Positions 37,912-47,190 of a DNA stretch of 64,000 nucleotides are shown here, one piece after another (positions within the stretch are counted from its first letter, which is position 1; each line of letters begins with the position of its first letter). Below the pieces are notes generated by a model. It did no database searches and was not told the origin of the DNA. It saw only the letters and a program-made list of their open reading frames with translations. A program made the position numbers and the translations under genes. The stretch lies in sequence record MZ475891.1; one strand, written 5' to 3'.

Positions 37912-37939
37912 AAAAGGGCCACCCGAAGGCAGCCCTTTT
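37912..37939 (-). terminator. intrinsic terminator, T-tracts on both sides
   Basis: AAAAGGGCTGCC-TTCG-GGTGGCCCTTTT. Confidence 0.85.
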
Positions 37940-37971
37940 GTTTTCGCATCTGTATAGCTGACCGAAGTCAA

Positions 37972-38637
37972 TTAAACAGTTACTTTACCTTTTGCTTTAG
38001 TCTTGGCAGCTTTCTTAGCGCCAGTCTTCTGAGCAGCGGTACCTTTGTGGTGAACAGCTTTAGCAGTAGTCTGCTTGCCACCTTTCAGACGCGGTAACGG
38101 CTTAAGGGTAGGCTTCTTCAGGGTAACTGCCTTCGGCGCCACTTTCGGAGTCACGATCTTACCGGCCTTGATGGTCGGCTTGTTCGCTTTACGCGCGGCC
38201 AGACGAGCTTTCTGTTTCGCGATCAGGTTGCTGTAACCAGCTTTCTGTTTCGCGGCCAGGTTGCTACGTGCAACTTTCTGACGGGCCAGCAGCAGTTTAC
38301 GCACACGGCTCTGAGAAGCTTGGGTAGCTTTCAGACCTTTGGCGTATTTAGCCTGGCGCTCTTTCAGACGCTGCTCAATGCTTTTGCCTTTGGCGCGAGC
38401 TTTAGTTTTACGCAGGTGGGTAGCACGTTCACCGTCGAACTTTTTCTCAGCAGCGGTTTTCTTCGCAGCAGGCTTTTTAGCCGCAGCTTTTTTCGCTGTT
38501 GGAGTTTTGGTGCCAGCAGTTTTAGGCTTACGTGCAGTGGTTTTCTTCGCAGCAGGTTTTTTAGCAGCGGTTTTCTTGGCTTTAGATCCACCTTTAACCG
38601 GGTCGGTAGGTGAAGTCAGTTTGCGTTTTACGGCCAT
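37972..38637 (-). CDS. histone H1-like / HC2-like basic DNA-condensing protein
   Basis: 221 aa, extremely Lys/Ala-rich, with AAKKPAAKKTAA repeats and GAGGA RBS. Confidence 0.7.
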   Translation of the reverse strand: MAVKRKLTSPTDPVKGGSKAKKTAAKKPAAKKTTARKPKTAGTKTPTAKKAAAKKPAAKKTAAEKKFDGERATHLRKTKARAKGKSIEQRLKERQAKYAKGLKATQASQSRVRKLLLARQKVARSNLAAKQKAGYSNLIAKQKARLAARKANKPTIKAGKIVTPKVAPKAVTLKKPTLKPLPRLKGGKQTTAKAVHHKGTAAQKTGAKKAAKTKAKGKVTV

Positions 38638-38703
38638 GATTATATCCTCAAGTTACAATGAAACTTCGTCCTATGGACATTAAGTTTTGAAATCAGCAAG
38701 TAA

Positions 38704-38709
38704 AAATTA
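38704..38709 (-). promoter_or_regulatory. motif B upstream of the H1-like gene
   Basis: ACTAATTTTT. Confidence 0.45.
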
Positions 38710-38752
38710 GTATAATCCCCGTAGGAATAAACAGGAAATTTCCTAAACATTT

Positions 38753-39832
38753 TTACTGTACTGTATATCCGATTTCAGACAACACCGCGTCCAATTCTTT
38801 CCGTGCTCGCACACGCAAAGACTTTTTAATTCCCGATGCCTTAAGGTAATCCTTTAGGCCATCACGTGGGTCGATATCCGCAAGCGCCAACTCACTAACA
38901 TCAACTGTATCTATATTATCGAGATCGACACGTTTATTCGTGGAATTTATTTGGGAAATGTTAGGCACGCGTGTGCGTATGTCTGCTGGGATAGAGACTT
39001 CTTCTTTCACTATAACTCGATAACGAATAGCAGAGTTGGCTTCGAGACGCGACCAATCCTTTTGAGTTTCAATCAATACTGTTTCCAGTCTAAAGCCAGG
39101 CTTGCTGTCAACAAACTTCTGCTTGACCACCAGCTCTTTGTTCTTGTACTGCGCCTTGAAGTGAATGAAACCTTTAGGCAGAGACTCGCCGAATGTCTTT
39201 TGATACGGTGCACCACAGTACGTGAAGCGTTTCTTCTCCAGCACTTGATGTAAATGGATGTGACCACTGATCGTGTAATCACGCGGGTCAACTTTAATGT
39301 CGTGCTTCGCTTTGAGAGGACGACCGTTATCACCCAGAGCACCAACAGCTTCAACGTGACAGAAGTTAAGGCATGGCTTCTTGTGCTTGATGCTCTCCTT
39401 TGCAGGGTGCGGCAGGAAGTTAACAACAATACCGTCAATCTCAACCTGTTCAGGTCTGAGGTAGATGTGCAGCGACTTGAGGAACGACCACTCACAGAAT
39501 GTTTTAATCAGGTCCATGCTGGTGGTTGTCATATCCGCCCAGTCATGGTTGCCGCCACAGTAATGACTTTCAATGATACCGTCATACTTGAGGAAGTGCT
39601 GCATCAGTCTGCGCTTCGTCTCATCGTCCATGCGGAACTTATCAGTAATGTCGCCGGGGATAAAGATGTGCTTGATGCCGTGCTCAAGGGCGTACTGGTA
39701 GATGCGATCAATTGTTTCGAGTTGACGGTCAACGTGATCTTGTGGGAAGTGATTCGATAAACCTTCCAAGTGCCAGTCAGCGGTTGCAAGTGCTTCAAGG
39801 AACGCAGTGGCGATCTTACTCTTTTTCATCAT
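38753..39832 (-). CDS. Mre11/SbcD-like nuclease
   Basis: ADWH, PGDITD, GGNHD and GHIH metallophosphoesterase motifs. Confidence 0.88.
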   Translation of the reverse strand: MMKKSKIATAFLEALATADWHLEGLSNHFPQDHVDRQLETIDRIYQYALEHGIKHIFIPGDITDKFRMDDETKRRLMQHFLKYDGIIESHYCGGNHDWADMTTTSMDLIKTFCEWSFLKSLHIYLRPEQVEIDGIVVNFLPHPAKESIKHKKPCLNFCHVEAVGALGDNGRPLKAKHDIKVDPRDYTISGHIHLHQVLEKKRFTYCGAPYQKTFGESLPKGFIHFKAQYKNKELVVKQKFVDSKPGFRLETVLIETQKDWSRLEANSAIRYRVIVKEEVSIPADIRTRVPNISQINSTNKRVDLDNIDTVDVSELALADIDPRDGLKDYLKASGIKKSLRVRARKELDAVLSEIGYTVQ

Positions 39833-39858
39833 TCTGTTCCATACGTTTTAGTGTAAGC

Positions 39859-39867
39859 TATTTACAG
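39859..39867 (-). promoter_or_regulatory. motif A upstream of the Mre11-like gene
   Basis: CTGTAAATA directly after a terminator. Confidence 0.6.
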
Positions 39868-39892
39868 AATAAAGGGCAGCCGAAGCCGCCCA
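39868..39892 (-). terminator. intrinsic terminator
   Basis: GGGCGGC-TTCG-GCTGCCC followed by TTTATT. Confidence 0.75.
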
Positions 39893-39928
39893 ATGTTGGT
39901 CAGATGATAAAAATTATTGTACAAATAG

Positions 39929-39951
39929 AAAACGCCCCGTTAGGAGCGTTT
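39929..39951 (-). terminator. intrinsic terminator
   Basis: AAACGCTCC-TAAC-GGGGCGTTT followed by T. Confidence 0.75.
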
Positions 39952-39953
39952 GC

Positions 39954-40724
39954 CTATAGATCAGTATAGGAGCGAGTGAAGTACGACTGCACCATAGGCC
40001 GAGTACCTGCAATCAAGTTTTGACCGAAGAATATATCGTCAGCACTGAATCGAAACAGTCGATTGTTAAACACGCATTCATACTTGAAGGGATTTCGTGG
40101 CGTATCGTTTTCTGTCGTGTCCAAATACAGAATCATGTCGGAATCATCATAGCTGGTGTAGCTGTATGATGAGGCATTGATAGTCATAGACTCACAGCGA
40201 ATGTAGCGGAAGGTGGGCGGGTTATCCACGAAGTTATAGGTGTCTAGTTCGACCTTACCTACTCGCGCAACACGAAAACTATTATTGGCATCCGTTACCA
40301 TCAATGCGCTAATAGTCAGAGAAGGCGACTGGGCTCCGGTACGAACATGCGTGCGCCCGTAAAACATCCGACTGCGTAACGTTGTATCGTTAGAAAAGAA
40401 AATTGTATTGCACGGAGTCCATGCAAGCGCAGTCACCTCTTGACCTAGAGAACAACCTCCAGCCAGAGTAGTGCCCGTGTGGATGTTGCTTGCATTAGGC
40501 ATAGCAGAGTATGCCCACTTTAGGTTTGACGCATAGCGCTTGGATGCGGCCACACCACTAACAGTATTAGCCTGACCATTTATACCAAGCGTGAACAGCG
40601 ATTTGTTCACGACGTCTAACGGCGAAGCCGCGTTGTCAAGCAGTGAGGTCTGATCGTCAAACGCAAACACTTGAGGACACAGCTTGTCGAATACACCGTA
40701 ATTGGTTAGATGATATTGCATCAT
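39954..40724 (-). CDS. hypothetical protein
   Basis: 256 aa, GAGG RBS. Confidence 0.6.
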   Translation of the reverse strand: MMQYHLTNYGVFDKLCPQVFAFDDQTSLLDNAASPLDVVNKSLFTLGINGQANTVSGVAASKRYASNLKWAYSAMPNASNIHTGTTLAGGCSLGQEVTALAWTPCNTIFFSNDTTLRSRMFYGRTHVRTGAQSPSLTISALMVTDANNSFRVARVGKVELDTYNFVDNPPTFRYIRCESMTINASSYSYTSYDDSDMILYLDTTENDTPRNPFKYECVFNNRLFRFSADDIFFGQNLIAGTRPMVQSYFTRSYTDL

Positions 40725-41227
40725 GACCTCTCTTTAAATCTCAGCCAGTCATTCCACCAGTAATCAACAGGGATGGATTTGCGTAGCGCATAGTCAATGC
40801 AGTTCTGAGTTCCTGAAGGAGCACCACAACATAATGATGCAAGCCTATCTGTGTTATCTACCATGAAGTGATTGCGCTTGTTCAACGCGAACCCTACATT
40901 GCCGTCCATGTGAAGCACATCTTCTTTCGAGCTGACTATGTGGACTTCGTGGCTTTTGTTCAGCAGCACATCGAGATCCCAAACGCTCTCAGTAGGCCAG
41001 CGGTCATTGAAGCCTAAATAAGGAATGCACGACACGATGCGGTGACCCTGAGCAAGACCGGCAGCAGCGACAGCTTGGTCGAAGCCTAACGCACAGCCTA
41101 CCCAAAGCTCCACATCTGTGTCTATCTTTAACAACTGACGGTGGGCGAACTTATAGAGGCGTTGCTTTGCCTCAGAACCGTACCCACCTAAATACTGTGG
41201 ACGGTGACCAGTGAATGAAAGTTTCAT
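40721..41227 (-). CDS. SLOG superfamily YspA/DUF1273-like protein
   Basis: SFTGHRP, GCALGFDQ..A, IPY..F..RW, RNHFMVD and GT.NCIDYA. Confidence 0.8.
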   Translation of the reverse strand: MKLSFTGHRPQYLGGYGSEAKQRLYKFAHRQLLKIDTDVELWVGCALGFDQAVAAAGLAQGHRIVSCIPYLGFNDRWPTESVWDLDVLLNKSHEVHIVSSKEDVLHMDGNVGFALNKRNHFMVDNTDRLASLCCGAPSGTQNCIDYALRKSIPVDYWWNDWLRFKERS

Positions 41228-41236
41228 GATCACTAT

Positions 41237-42061
41237 TTACAGTTGTATGGTAGCCCTACTGCGTATCGAAAGAGAAGGCTTAGTGCCAGGCGCAACAGGC
41301 AAATTGATTTGATCGCTTACTACCAGTTCGTCTTTGAGTTTGACGATCACTCGCAGTGCGGGAGAGTACATGATACCTAAGTCCAGTATAGGCTTCTCGT
41401 CCGCAGGCACGAAATTGCCTGTTAGCCAAGAGATGCAGTTAGAGCTTATGAGCGCTGCTCGTCCGCCATAGCCAGGACGTTCGTGGCCGTAAGAGGCTTG
41501 GCCACGCATGATAAGCAACTCAGGCAGAACCGGACCAAAGGAATATTTGGGATTGTCGTAGCGGTAGGTTTCGTACGAGGCAGTGTTACCCAGCGTGTAT
41601 ATGTCTGCGCCTGTAATCGTGTTCATGCGAGCAACGTATGTATAGGAGTAACCTCCTCCGTACGCACCGTAACAACCAAACATAGGCATAGACATTGCAA
41701 CTGTTGCATCACGAGCAACTTCTGGAAAGACGGCAGCGAGGGAATTTGATGCGCTGTGTGCTACACCCATAATAGTATCTGCACCGACGTTATACGAACC
41801 TATCACAGGATTCGTTATCATGTCACTGAATTTTGTTCGGCGGGTATTGAACATGAAATTGGTCATATAGTATTTGTCGCCGAGTTGGCCTACAACACCA
41901 TTGACGAATGTTTTGCCTGCAATGCCGCGCGCTTTAGGCGTCAGTGCAACTATCTGATCAGGTGACTCTATCTCATCGATGTTGATTGCATCGCGTGAGT
42001 CAAACATTACCAGCTCACCAAATTGTTCGAATGTAGTATTTGCTTGCGCTAGATATAGCAT
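41237..42061 (-). CDS. hypothetical protein
   Basis: 274 aa, AAGGA RBS. Confidence 0.6.
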   Translation of the reverse strand: MLYLAQANTTFEQFGELVMFDSRDAINIDEIESPDQIVALTPKARGIAGKTFVNGVVGQLGDKYYMTNFMFNTRRTKFSDMITNPVIGSYNVGADTIMGVAHSASNSLAAVFPEVARDATVAMSMPMFGCYGAYGGGYSYTYVARMNTITGADIYTLGNTASYETYRYDNPKYSFGPVLPELLIMRGQASYGHERPGYGGRAALISSNCISWLTGNFVPADEKPILDLGIMYSPALRVIVKLKDELVVSDQINLPVAPGTKPSLSIRSRATIQL

Positions 42062-42161
42062 ACAAAATTCCTTAGAGGCAGGTCAGAGCAAACGTGGAAC
42101 GCTTACTTGCTGAACTTTGGAGGGAGTTAGGCACAGAGCACTTCCATGTACTCACCTACTG

Positions 42162-42527
42162 TTACGCGATGACTGTGATCTCGTGGTCTTTAGACGCCCA
42201 CACTTTCTCACGGATGTTACGAGGCATAACGATGCAACCGTTAGATGCTGTGCCTGGTGCTTTGATGCTATCGCCATGCATCTGGAAAGACGCACGACCA
42301 AACATCTCATTGTCCTTGTGCGGCACTAAGTCCATAATGTACGGACCAGTCTTCTGACTAGTGCGCGGAGCACTGCACGTATAAATACCCTGAGGCAGTG
42401 GGCCTTCGTTCTTGACTGACTGCGACTGAGGGTCATTCTTGTGGGCACCCAGACCAGCATAGCCACGAGCCACCAGCTGGTGGTTGGCGTCAAACAGTTC
42501 GCCTGTACTCTGTTTATAAGTCCACAT
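42162..42527 (-). CDS. Tlde1/DUF2778-like L,D-transpeptidase-fold protein
   Basis: WTYKQSTGEL, GYAG, GPLPQG.Y, GRASFQMHGDS and ASNGCIV (His...S-x-G-C). Start ATG 42527 after AGGAG. Confidence 0.78.
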   Translation of the reverse strand: MWTYKQSTGELFDANHQLVARGYAGLGAHKNDPQSQSVKNEGPLPQGIYTCSAPRTSQKTGPYIMDLVPHKDNEMFGRASFQMHGDSIKAPGTASNGCIVMPRNIREKVWASKDHEITVIA

Positions 42528-42548
42528 ATGATTCTCCTGAGAAATGAG

Positions 42549-42569
42549 AAAGCCCCAATTAAGGGGCTT
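42549..42569 (-). terminator. intrinsic terminator
   Basis: AAGCCCC-TTAATT-GGGGCTT followed by T. Confidence 0.75.
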
Positions 42570-42573
42570 AGGT

Positions 42574-43569
42574 TTATTTACGTTTGGCTTTCTTAGCCAC
42601 ACCGTACTCTGGGTTCTTGTCAGAGATATTGTACTGACGGCCACCAGCTTCCTGGATCATGTCAGGCAGTTCATCCAATCCAGTTTTCTCAGCGTGAGCA
42701 CCCGTGAACTGGTAAGTCTTACCATCTTTAGCCATAATCTCAATTGAACCATTCTTGCCGATAGAATAATTCATATGCTTGAGATCAGATTTACGGAAGC
42801 CAGGAATTTCTTTCTTGGCGTTGGCCAGCATAGTTTTTTCTTCTGCTTCCCACTGCTTGCGCATTTGTGCCAAACGCTTCGCACCGCCTGGTTTCATTTT
42901 CTTCATTGCACCAGGACGAACTTGTTTCTGTGCAGGCTTCTTCCTTAGCATCGGTTTAGTAGCTGCATCTACTTCATCCATGGACAGAACGCGGCCTTTA
43001 GCCGGCGCTTTCTTAGCTGCTTTGGTGATAGTCTTGCTGCCCAGCGCATCGAACTTGGCAGAAGCCAGGAACTTAGGCTTGAACTGACCACGCTTACCAG
43101 TAACACCGAACTCGTTCAGTTTGGCAGTGCGCAGCGCAGCTAACACCTTAGGTGCTTTTTCAGTGATGCCCTGAAGAGAAGTTGAGGTCAGGCCCATCTT
43201 CAAGCCAGACAGTCCGTGCTTACGTGCATAAGACGCAGACTCTTTCAGATGCAACTTGGCTTCTTTCAGTGCAGCGCTGCCCTTAGCTTTATAGTCAGCA
43301 GCTTTGGCAGAAGCGCGAGACTTTGCATCACCGGTCAGCGTTTTGACTTTAGCGCGGGTCTTGCTCCACGCATCGATGTTACGCGCAGCACTAATGCCAG
43401 CAGTCTTAGCTTTCTTCAAATGACCGAGGATGGTGGTCAGTTCTGCTTTCTTCTCTGAGTTAATAACCAGAGTAGCAACGCCATTCACCTTAGCGATTTT
43501 GTAGCTAGGCTTTTTAGCAGCAGACTCAGACACAACGTGATCTGCAAGATTGATTTTAATGAGTGACAT
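42574..43569 (-). CDS. basic putative internal virion protein (MSLIKINL...VSESA family)
   Basis: Lys/Ala-rich. The N-terminal ~110 aa is paralogous to 43580. Confidence 0.55.
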   Translation of the reverse strand: MSLIKINLADHVVSESAAKKPSYKIAKVNGVATLVINSEKKAELTTILGHLKKAKTAGISAARNIDAWSKTRAKVKTLTGDAKSRASAKAADYKAKGSAALKEAKLHLKESASYARKHGLSGLKMGLTSTSLQGITEKAPKVLAALRTAKLNEFGVTGKRGQFKPKFLASAKFDALGSKTITKAAKKAPAKGRVLSMDEVDAATKPMLRKKPAQKQVRPGAMKKMKPGGAKRLAQMRKQWEAEEKTMLANAKKEIPGFRKSDLKHMNYSIGKNGSIEIMAKDGKTYQFTGAHAEKTGLDELPDMIQEAGGRQYNISDKNPEYGVAKKAKRK

Positions 43570-43579
43570 AGAGATGACC

Positions 43580-44581
43580 TTATGCGTTGTATTGAGTCAA
43601 TGGCCGTGGCTTACGCTTCGGCAAACGTTTTGTTTTTATACCAGCAGCTTTATCTGAGGCGCGTTTATCTTCGCGTGCAGAGATGCCAACTGTTTGTGAC
43701 AGGTAGCTGGTCAATGAAGCCTTAGACAAGGTTTCTTTGCGCTTGCCTGAGTCAACAACATATGAATTGCCCGAAGCGTGCGTGATCTTGAGCTTGAGCT
43801 TACCATTATCATAATGGATGTTGCCGTCAGCATCACCGTACAGTTTGGCAGACGCAGCTTTTTCCTGATACTTCTCCAGCTTGTCGATAATGCTACGCAG
43901 AGCGCTACTGCTTTTGTAGATATTGTTCAGATGTTTCTTACCTTCGTCCACTTTAGGCGCGGCAGCTTTCTTCGTCACAGGCTTTGTAACTAAACGCTTG
44001 GTAGTTTTCACAGCAGGTGCTTTACCCGAAGCTGCGATCTTCTCACCAATCTTATCGAACTTATCACCAGTAGCATATCGAGGCTTCAAAGGTACTGTGT
44101 GATGTGCACCGTATTTTGCACGGAAACTATCAGGCTTCGCTTTACTGATCTTGCCTAACGTATAGGTCGGGTCAGTTTGTGTGATATACGACGCTTTGAT
44201 GGACAGGTCGAGCGCACTCAAGCCAGCTTTTTTCAAAAGATCAGCAGCAGCTTTAGCAAGTGCTTTGGCTTCTGTTACACCGTGCTTGATAGCTGCTTTG
44301 TTATCACTAATCTTTTCACGAATAGGCGCTTTCTTTGCAGGGGTCTGAGCCTGACTTAGCTTGAGTTTCAATTTCTCAGTAGCAACACCAAGCTTTGCCG
44401 CAGACACACCGAGAGTTTTGGCCTTCTTGAGATTAGCAACGGCCTTCGTAACAGCGGACTTGTGTTTGCTGTCAATTACGAGGGCCTGTGCACCGCCGAT
44501 AGGAACGAGATGATAAGCTGGCTTGGCTTTGGCGGATTCAGATACTGCAAACTCCGCCAAATTGATTTTGATAAGTGACAT
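43580..44581 (-). CDS. basic putative internal virion protein (MSLIKINL...VSESA family)
   Basis: Tandem paralog of 42574 at the N-terminus. Confidence 0.55.
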   Translation of the reverse strand: MSLIKINLAEFAVSESAKAKPAYHLVPIGGAQALVIDSKHKSAVTKAVANLKKAKTLGVSAAKLGVATEKLKLKLSQAQTPAKKAPIREKISDNKAAIKHGVTEAKALAKAAADLLKKAGLSALDLSIKASYITQTDPTYTLGKISKAKPDSFRAKYGAHHTVPLKPRYATGDKFDKIGEKIAASGKAPAVKTTKRLVTKPVTKKAAAPKVDEGKKHLNNIYKSSSALRSIIDKLEKYQEKAASAKLYGDADGNIHYDNGKLKLKITHASGNSYVVDSGKRKETLSKASLTSYLSQTVGISAREDKRASDKAAGIKTKRLPKRKPRPLTQYNA

Positions 44582-44590
44582 AGCTGTTCC

Positions 44591-45187
44591 TTAGACTCTG
44601 CCGGTCATAGTAAATTCTTTGCCCGCAGAGTAATCTCCTAAGGCCGCATAAAGAGAATCACGCAACATCTTCTGAATGATATCCGAGTTATACGCGGACG
44701 CGTCGCGGAAAGCGACTTCAACAGTTTCAGTGCGTGGGTTGATCACAGCATAACGCAAAGGTGCAATCTCCTGAGCGTCACACCACAGATCGACAACGTG
44801 CTGTAGTCCAGGCGTCATCTGAATTTTGAAATCAGACAGCAGGAACACAGCACTTTGAATTGGCGGCGGAGCAGACTGAGAGACAACAGCATTGTCTCCA
44901 AGTTTCTCCATAGCCATAGACGCATTGTACACTGAGGAGAATTTCGTTTTCAGTGCAGAGGTCTGTACTACCTTATAGCTATTCGATGAAATGCCCTGAC
45001 GGCGCAGCTTGGCAATACGCACAACGTAATCACCAGAATCGTCTGAGGCAAATGCAACGTAAGCGTAGCTCACGAAGCCAGGCTCCTCACTAAGCAGCTT
45101 GTGGTCAAGGGCACGAACACCCAAGACAGCACTAAGTGCCTGTAGGCCCATCTGAACTTCGCGGGAAAGAGACACGTACATTTCCAT
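44591..45187 (-). CDS. hypothetical protein (MEMYVSLSR tag)
   Basis: Likely start is ATG 45187, just after the endolysin stop. Confidence 0.55.
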   Translation of the reverse strand: MEMYVSLSREVQMGLQALSAVLGVRALDHKLLSEEPGFVSYAYVAFASDDSGDYVVRIAKLRRQGISSNSYKVVQTSALKTKFSSVYNASMAMEKLGDNAVVSQSAPPPIQSAVFLLSDFKIQMTPGLQHVVDLWCDAQEIAPLRYAVINPRTETVEVAFRDASAYNSDIIQKMLRDSLYAALGDYSAGKEFTMTGRV

Positions 45188-45194
45188 TAGCGAA

Positions 45195-45764
45195 TTATTT
45201 AACCCCCACGTGTTTAGCCAGATTGATAACGCGAGTAACCCAACCATACACGTTCTCTTCTTGGTCTTCTGACTTCTTCGCCAGATTAAGCAAGAATGCT
45301 TTACGCATGGAGTTGAAGCTATCTGTAAGTACAGAAATGTCACGCACCTTAGCGTACAGGCCTAAGGTCGATAACGTTTTAGGTCCGATGTTTGGTGCAG
45401 GCACAAAATCGGGATACAACTTCTGGCGATTGTTGAATACGTTCAGCAAGCCTTGAAGCTCCAGCGCAGCAGTACCCGCACCTGAGTTGACTGCATAGTC
45501 AAACACATAGATGGCGAGTTCTTCGCTGTACTTGGCAATGTCATCGCACTTGCACAAGTCCCAATAGTTCTTGGCATAGATCGCTTCTGCGGTTTCACGA
45601 GGCAATACTTTCATATCACCCTGATAACCATAAGCGCGAGCGACTGGCTGAGTGATACCCCAGCGAGTGGGGCCGCCACGGTCAGCAGCGCGATTTGTGT
45701 AACGTTCGCCACCTTCTCTGTCGATAAGCTCTGAGGTAGCGCGAATAGCTAATTGACTAGGCAT
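45195..45764 (-). CDS. endolysin, glycoside hydrolase family 108 with C-terminal PG-binding domain
   Basis: IDREGG.RYTN...DRGGPTRWGIT, FDYAVNSG and GW..RV. Start ATG 45764 after AAGG. Confidence 0.9.
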   Translation of the reverse strand: MPSQLAIRATSELIDREGGERYTNRAADRGGPTRWGITQPVARAYGYQGDMKVLPRETAEAIYAKNYWDLCKCDDIAKYSEELAIYVFDYAVNSGAGTAALELQGLLNVFNNRQKLYPDFVPAPNIGPKTLSTLGLYAKVRDISVLTDSFNSMRKAFLLNLAKKSEDQEENVYGWVTRVINLAKHVGVK

Positions 45765-45792
45765 GATATTTACCTTTACGAAGTGTACGAGA

Positions 45793-45798
45793 AAATTA
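45793..45798 (-). promoter_or_regulatory. motif B upstream of the endolysin
   Basis: GATAATTTT directly after a terminator. Confidence 0.45.
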
Positions 45799-45812
45799 TC
45801 ATAGGGAACGAC

Positions 45813-45832
45813 AAAAGGGGCCGAAGCCCCTT
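45813..45832 (-). terminator. intrinsic terminator
   Basis: AAGGGGC-TTCG-GCCCCTT followed by TT. Confidence 0.85.
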
Positions 45833-46170
45833 CAGAATAGCCATCTAATTGAATAGCAGAACAAGCCTGACCAAAAACCAATATGAGCGCAGTATGCGTG
45901 TTGCATGAAACGTGATTGCACATACGGCTTTAGGAAGCAATCATACAGCGCACCATACATACCACCGAGTGCTGCGAACACTAGCATCGTACAGGCAAGC
46001 TGCATCTGAGGCATATCTACGACAAAGATACCAACAAGGACGATCAGCACTTCAACGATTACCAGATGATAGATGTTCAGCGGTTTGGTGAAGCCGCCGC
46101 ACACAAGAGGTCTAAGGTCAGCAGACGCAACCATCAAAAACAGGATTAGAAATTGATAGTCGATTGACAT
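45832..46170 (-). CDS. small membrane protein
   Basis: 112 aa with 3-4 hydrophobic segments. Confidence 0.55.
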   Translation of the reverse strand: MSIDYQFLILFLMVASADLRPLVCGGFTKPLNIYHLVIVEVLIVLVGIFVVDMPQMQLACTMLVFAALGGMYGALYDCFLKPYVQSRFMQHAYCAHIGFWSGLFCYSIRWLF

Positions 46171-46475
46171 GCGTGATCGACCTCATCGGTTGTGATGCGT
46201 TGTTGACGTCTGGCCTTGAGGGCGACTTGAGCCATCATACCGTTCTTGACCATTTGCTGCAACTCTTCATCAGTCAGTGCGCTCATTGCCTGTTTGATAT
46301 GACTAAGGTTAGCAAGGTCACGAGGGTCGAAGTGATCAGAATGTTTGTGGACGACAGCACTGCCAAGACGACCAACATCCATTCCTGCACAACGATGCCA
46401 GACTTCATCCGCATCAGGGTCAGTCTGCACAAGCAGCGTGCCGTGACGCTCAACGTCATGAATGTTACGACTCAT
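46146..46475 (-). CDS. hypothetical protein
   Basis: Likely start is ATG 46475 after GGGAG. Confidence 0.55.
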   Translation of the reverse strand: MSRNIHDVERHGTLLVQTDPDADEVWHRCAGMDVGRLGSAVVHKHSDHFDPRDLANLSHIKQAMSALTDEELQQMVKNGMMAQVALKARRQQRITTDEVDHACQSTINF

Positions 46476-46476
46476 A

Positions 46477-47190
46477 TCAAACTCCCTGATTAGCAACGTA
46501 GGTGTCGGTGATGTTCGCAGTCTTCTCAACGTTACCGCGAATGTAACCTATCTCAAACACCTGCACATTATGTTTGACCACAGCTTCACCGTCAGTCTCA
46601 CACGCACCGCTATGAATGTCCAAGAAAGCCTGACACAATCGGTCAGTAACAGGCTTAGCTAAGATCTTCATCAGCGTATGCTTCTGGACAGCAGTCATCT
46701 TGATCGGCAGTGCATCAATCTCACGCTCGATAGACTTGCGCCCGCCCCCGTACACCCAACGACAAATAGTGTTAGTGATTGGTTTCTGGTGCGTCTTGCT
46801 CGGCAGCTTATAGATGAATGTCATCAGGCTGTAGAACAGGCTGCCATCGACTGCGCGTTTCTTCAAGTCATCAAGATAAGCACCAACAGGTGACAGCTTA
46901 CCTTTCTGAGGAACTAATTGGTCGAGCTTGAGATCAACATCAAGCCCGTAGCGGTTAAGCACCTCAGAGTGACCGAACACAAAGACGATGTGCTCTGGCA
47001 GATCACGAATCGCAATCGCGTTGCGACTGTAATCACGCGAGCCTACAATGAAAATGTATTTGCGGTATTTCTTCGCTGGATTTAAGAACCCATTGGACGG
47101 CACAAAGGTGACGCGCTGTGCTTCACCTTTCTTTTTAAGCCATCCCATCACCTGCTCTGGGCTCTGTCGCGTTACTGCAATTACTGGCAT
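46477..47190 (-). CDS. hypothetical protein
   Basis: 237 aa, coupled to the Rad50 stop. Confidence 0.6.
   Translation of the reverse strand: MPVIAVTRQSPEQVMGWLKKKGEAQRVTFVPSNGFLNPAKKYRKYIFIVGSRDYSRNAIAIRDLPEHIVFVFGHSEVLNRYGLDVDLKLDQLVPQKGKLSPVGAYLDDLKKRAVDGSLFYSLMTFIYKLPSKTHQKPITNTICRWVYGGGRKSIEREIDALPIKMTAVQKHTLMKILAKPVTDRLCQAFLDIHSGACETDGEAVVKHNVQVFEIGYIRGNVEKTANITDTYVANQGV

Noticed and set aside
42062-42161. Modest hairpins and a six-codon ORF (MEVLCA) in the 100-nt gap after the Tlde1-like gene
   Set aside because: The stems are short and imperfect, with no strand-diagnostic or repeated signal, so support is insufficient.
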